From Christensenellales bacterium (GTDB lineage: Bacteria; Bacillota; Clostridia; Christensenellales; UBA3700), in the NCBI GenBank assembly GCA_051883395.1, contig JBJETQ010000028.1:1-57730 (forward strand): DNA of 57,730 bases, in the 5' to 3' direction. The position numbers were made by a program, and so were the translations under genes. How positions within the stretch are numbered: position 1 is the first letter of the stretch; each line of letters opens with the position of its first letter. The notes under the pieces were generated by a model. That model had not been told where the DNA came from. It searched no databases and saw nothing but the letters and a program-made list of their open reading frames with translations. Below are positions 57,644 to 57,730 of this stretch, piece by piece.

Positions 57644-57730
57644 ATGGAAAGAACGGAAGAAATGGAAATAAGAAGGAAAAAGCCGCTGACGATATACGGA
57701 GTGGAATTTGTCTATCTGTGCGTACTTGGC
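57644..57730 (+). CDS. 5' end of an unidentified ORF running off the window
   Basis: MERTEEMEIRRKKPLTIYGVEFVYLCVLG is open to the window edge. AAAGG SD 6 nt upstream. It sits downstream of the second 14-mer promoter. Confidence 0.3.
   Translation, partial: MERTEEMEIRRKKPLTIYGVEFVYLCVLG

Overview
This 57.7 kb window looks like chromosomal DNA from a spore-forming, Clostridia-type Firmicute. That assignment is an inference from gene content: yqfC-yqfD sporulation genes, ctsR-mcsA-mcsB-clpC, long-form hpf, and HU. Almost all of it is recognisable housekeeping or carbohydrate metabolism. In order: hup and a GNAT gene; pflB-pflA plus a C_GCAxxG_C_C gene; an orphan LacZ-type GH2 gene; a PC4/YdbC-like gene; an XRE/SLOG gene pair; an orphan EIIC-like permease; pepF; dnaB; the yqfC-yqfD-phoH-(7TM-HD)-ybeY-era-yqzL-recO block; and ppdK. 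Then comes a complete glucuronide/glucuronate island (GPH symporter and GH2 beta-glucuronidase, divergent from uxaC-uxuA-uxuB-eda-kdgK). After that: dinB; marR plus two ABC exporter genes; galU; the class III heat-shock operon; hpf; and a second GNAT gene. The window ends with two very large surface lipoproteins flanking a CPA2 antiporter, two unknown membrane proteins, and an OmpR-type two-component system. I saw no tRNA, rRNA, CRISPR array, transposase or integrase. I found no clear-cut novel multi-gene system. The parts most worth a second look are: (1) an AT-rich XRE-SLOG islet with a multi-copy operator; (2) a 93-nt tandem coding repeat that gives the glucuronide symporter an acidic tail of about 165 aa; (3) a recurring promoter-to-ATG geometry suggesting leaderless mRNAs for dinB and both giant lipoprotein genes; (4) an identical 14-mer in the same promoter position on both sides of the two-component system; (5) three tandem palindromic repeat units in the first 0.6 kb; and (6) a possibly catalytically dead M60-like/PA14/discoidin surface protein. 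All protein family calls come from motif recognition by eye, with no database search.
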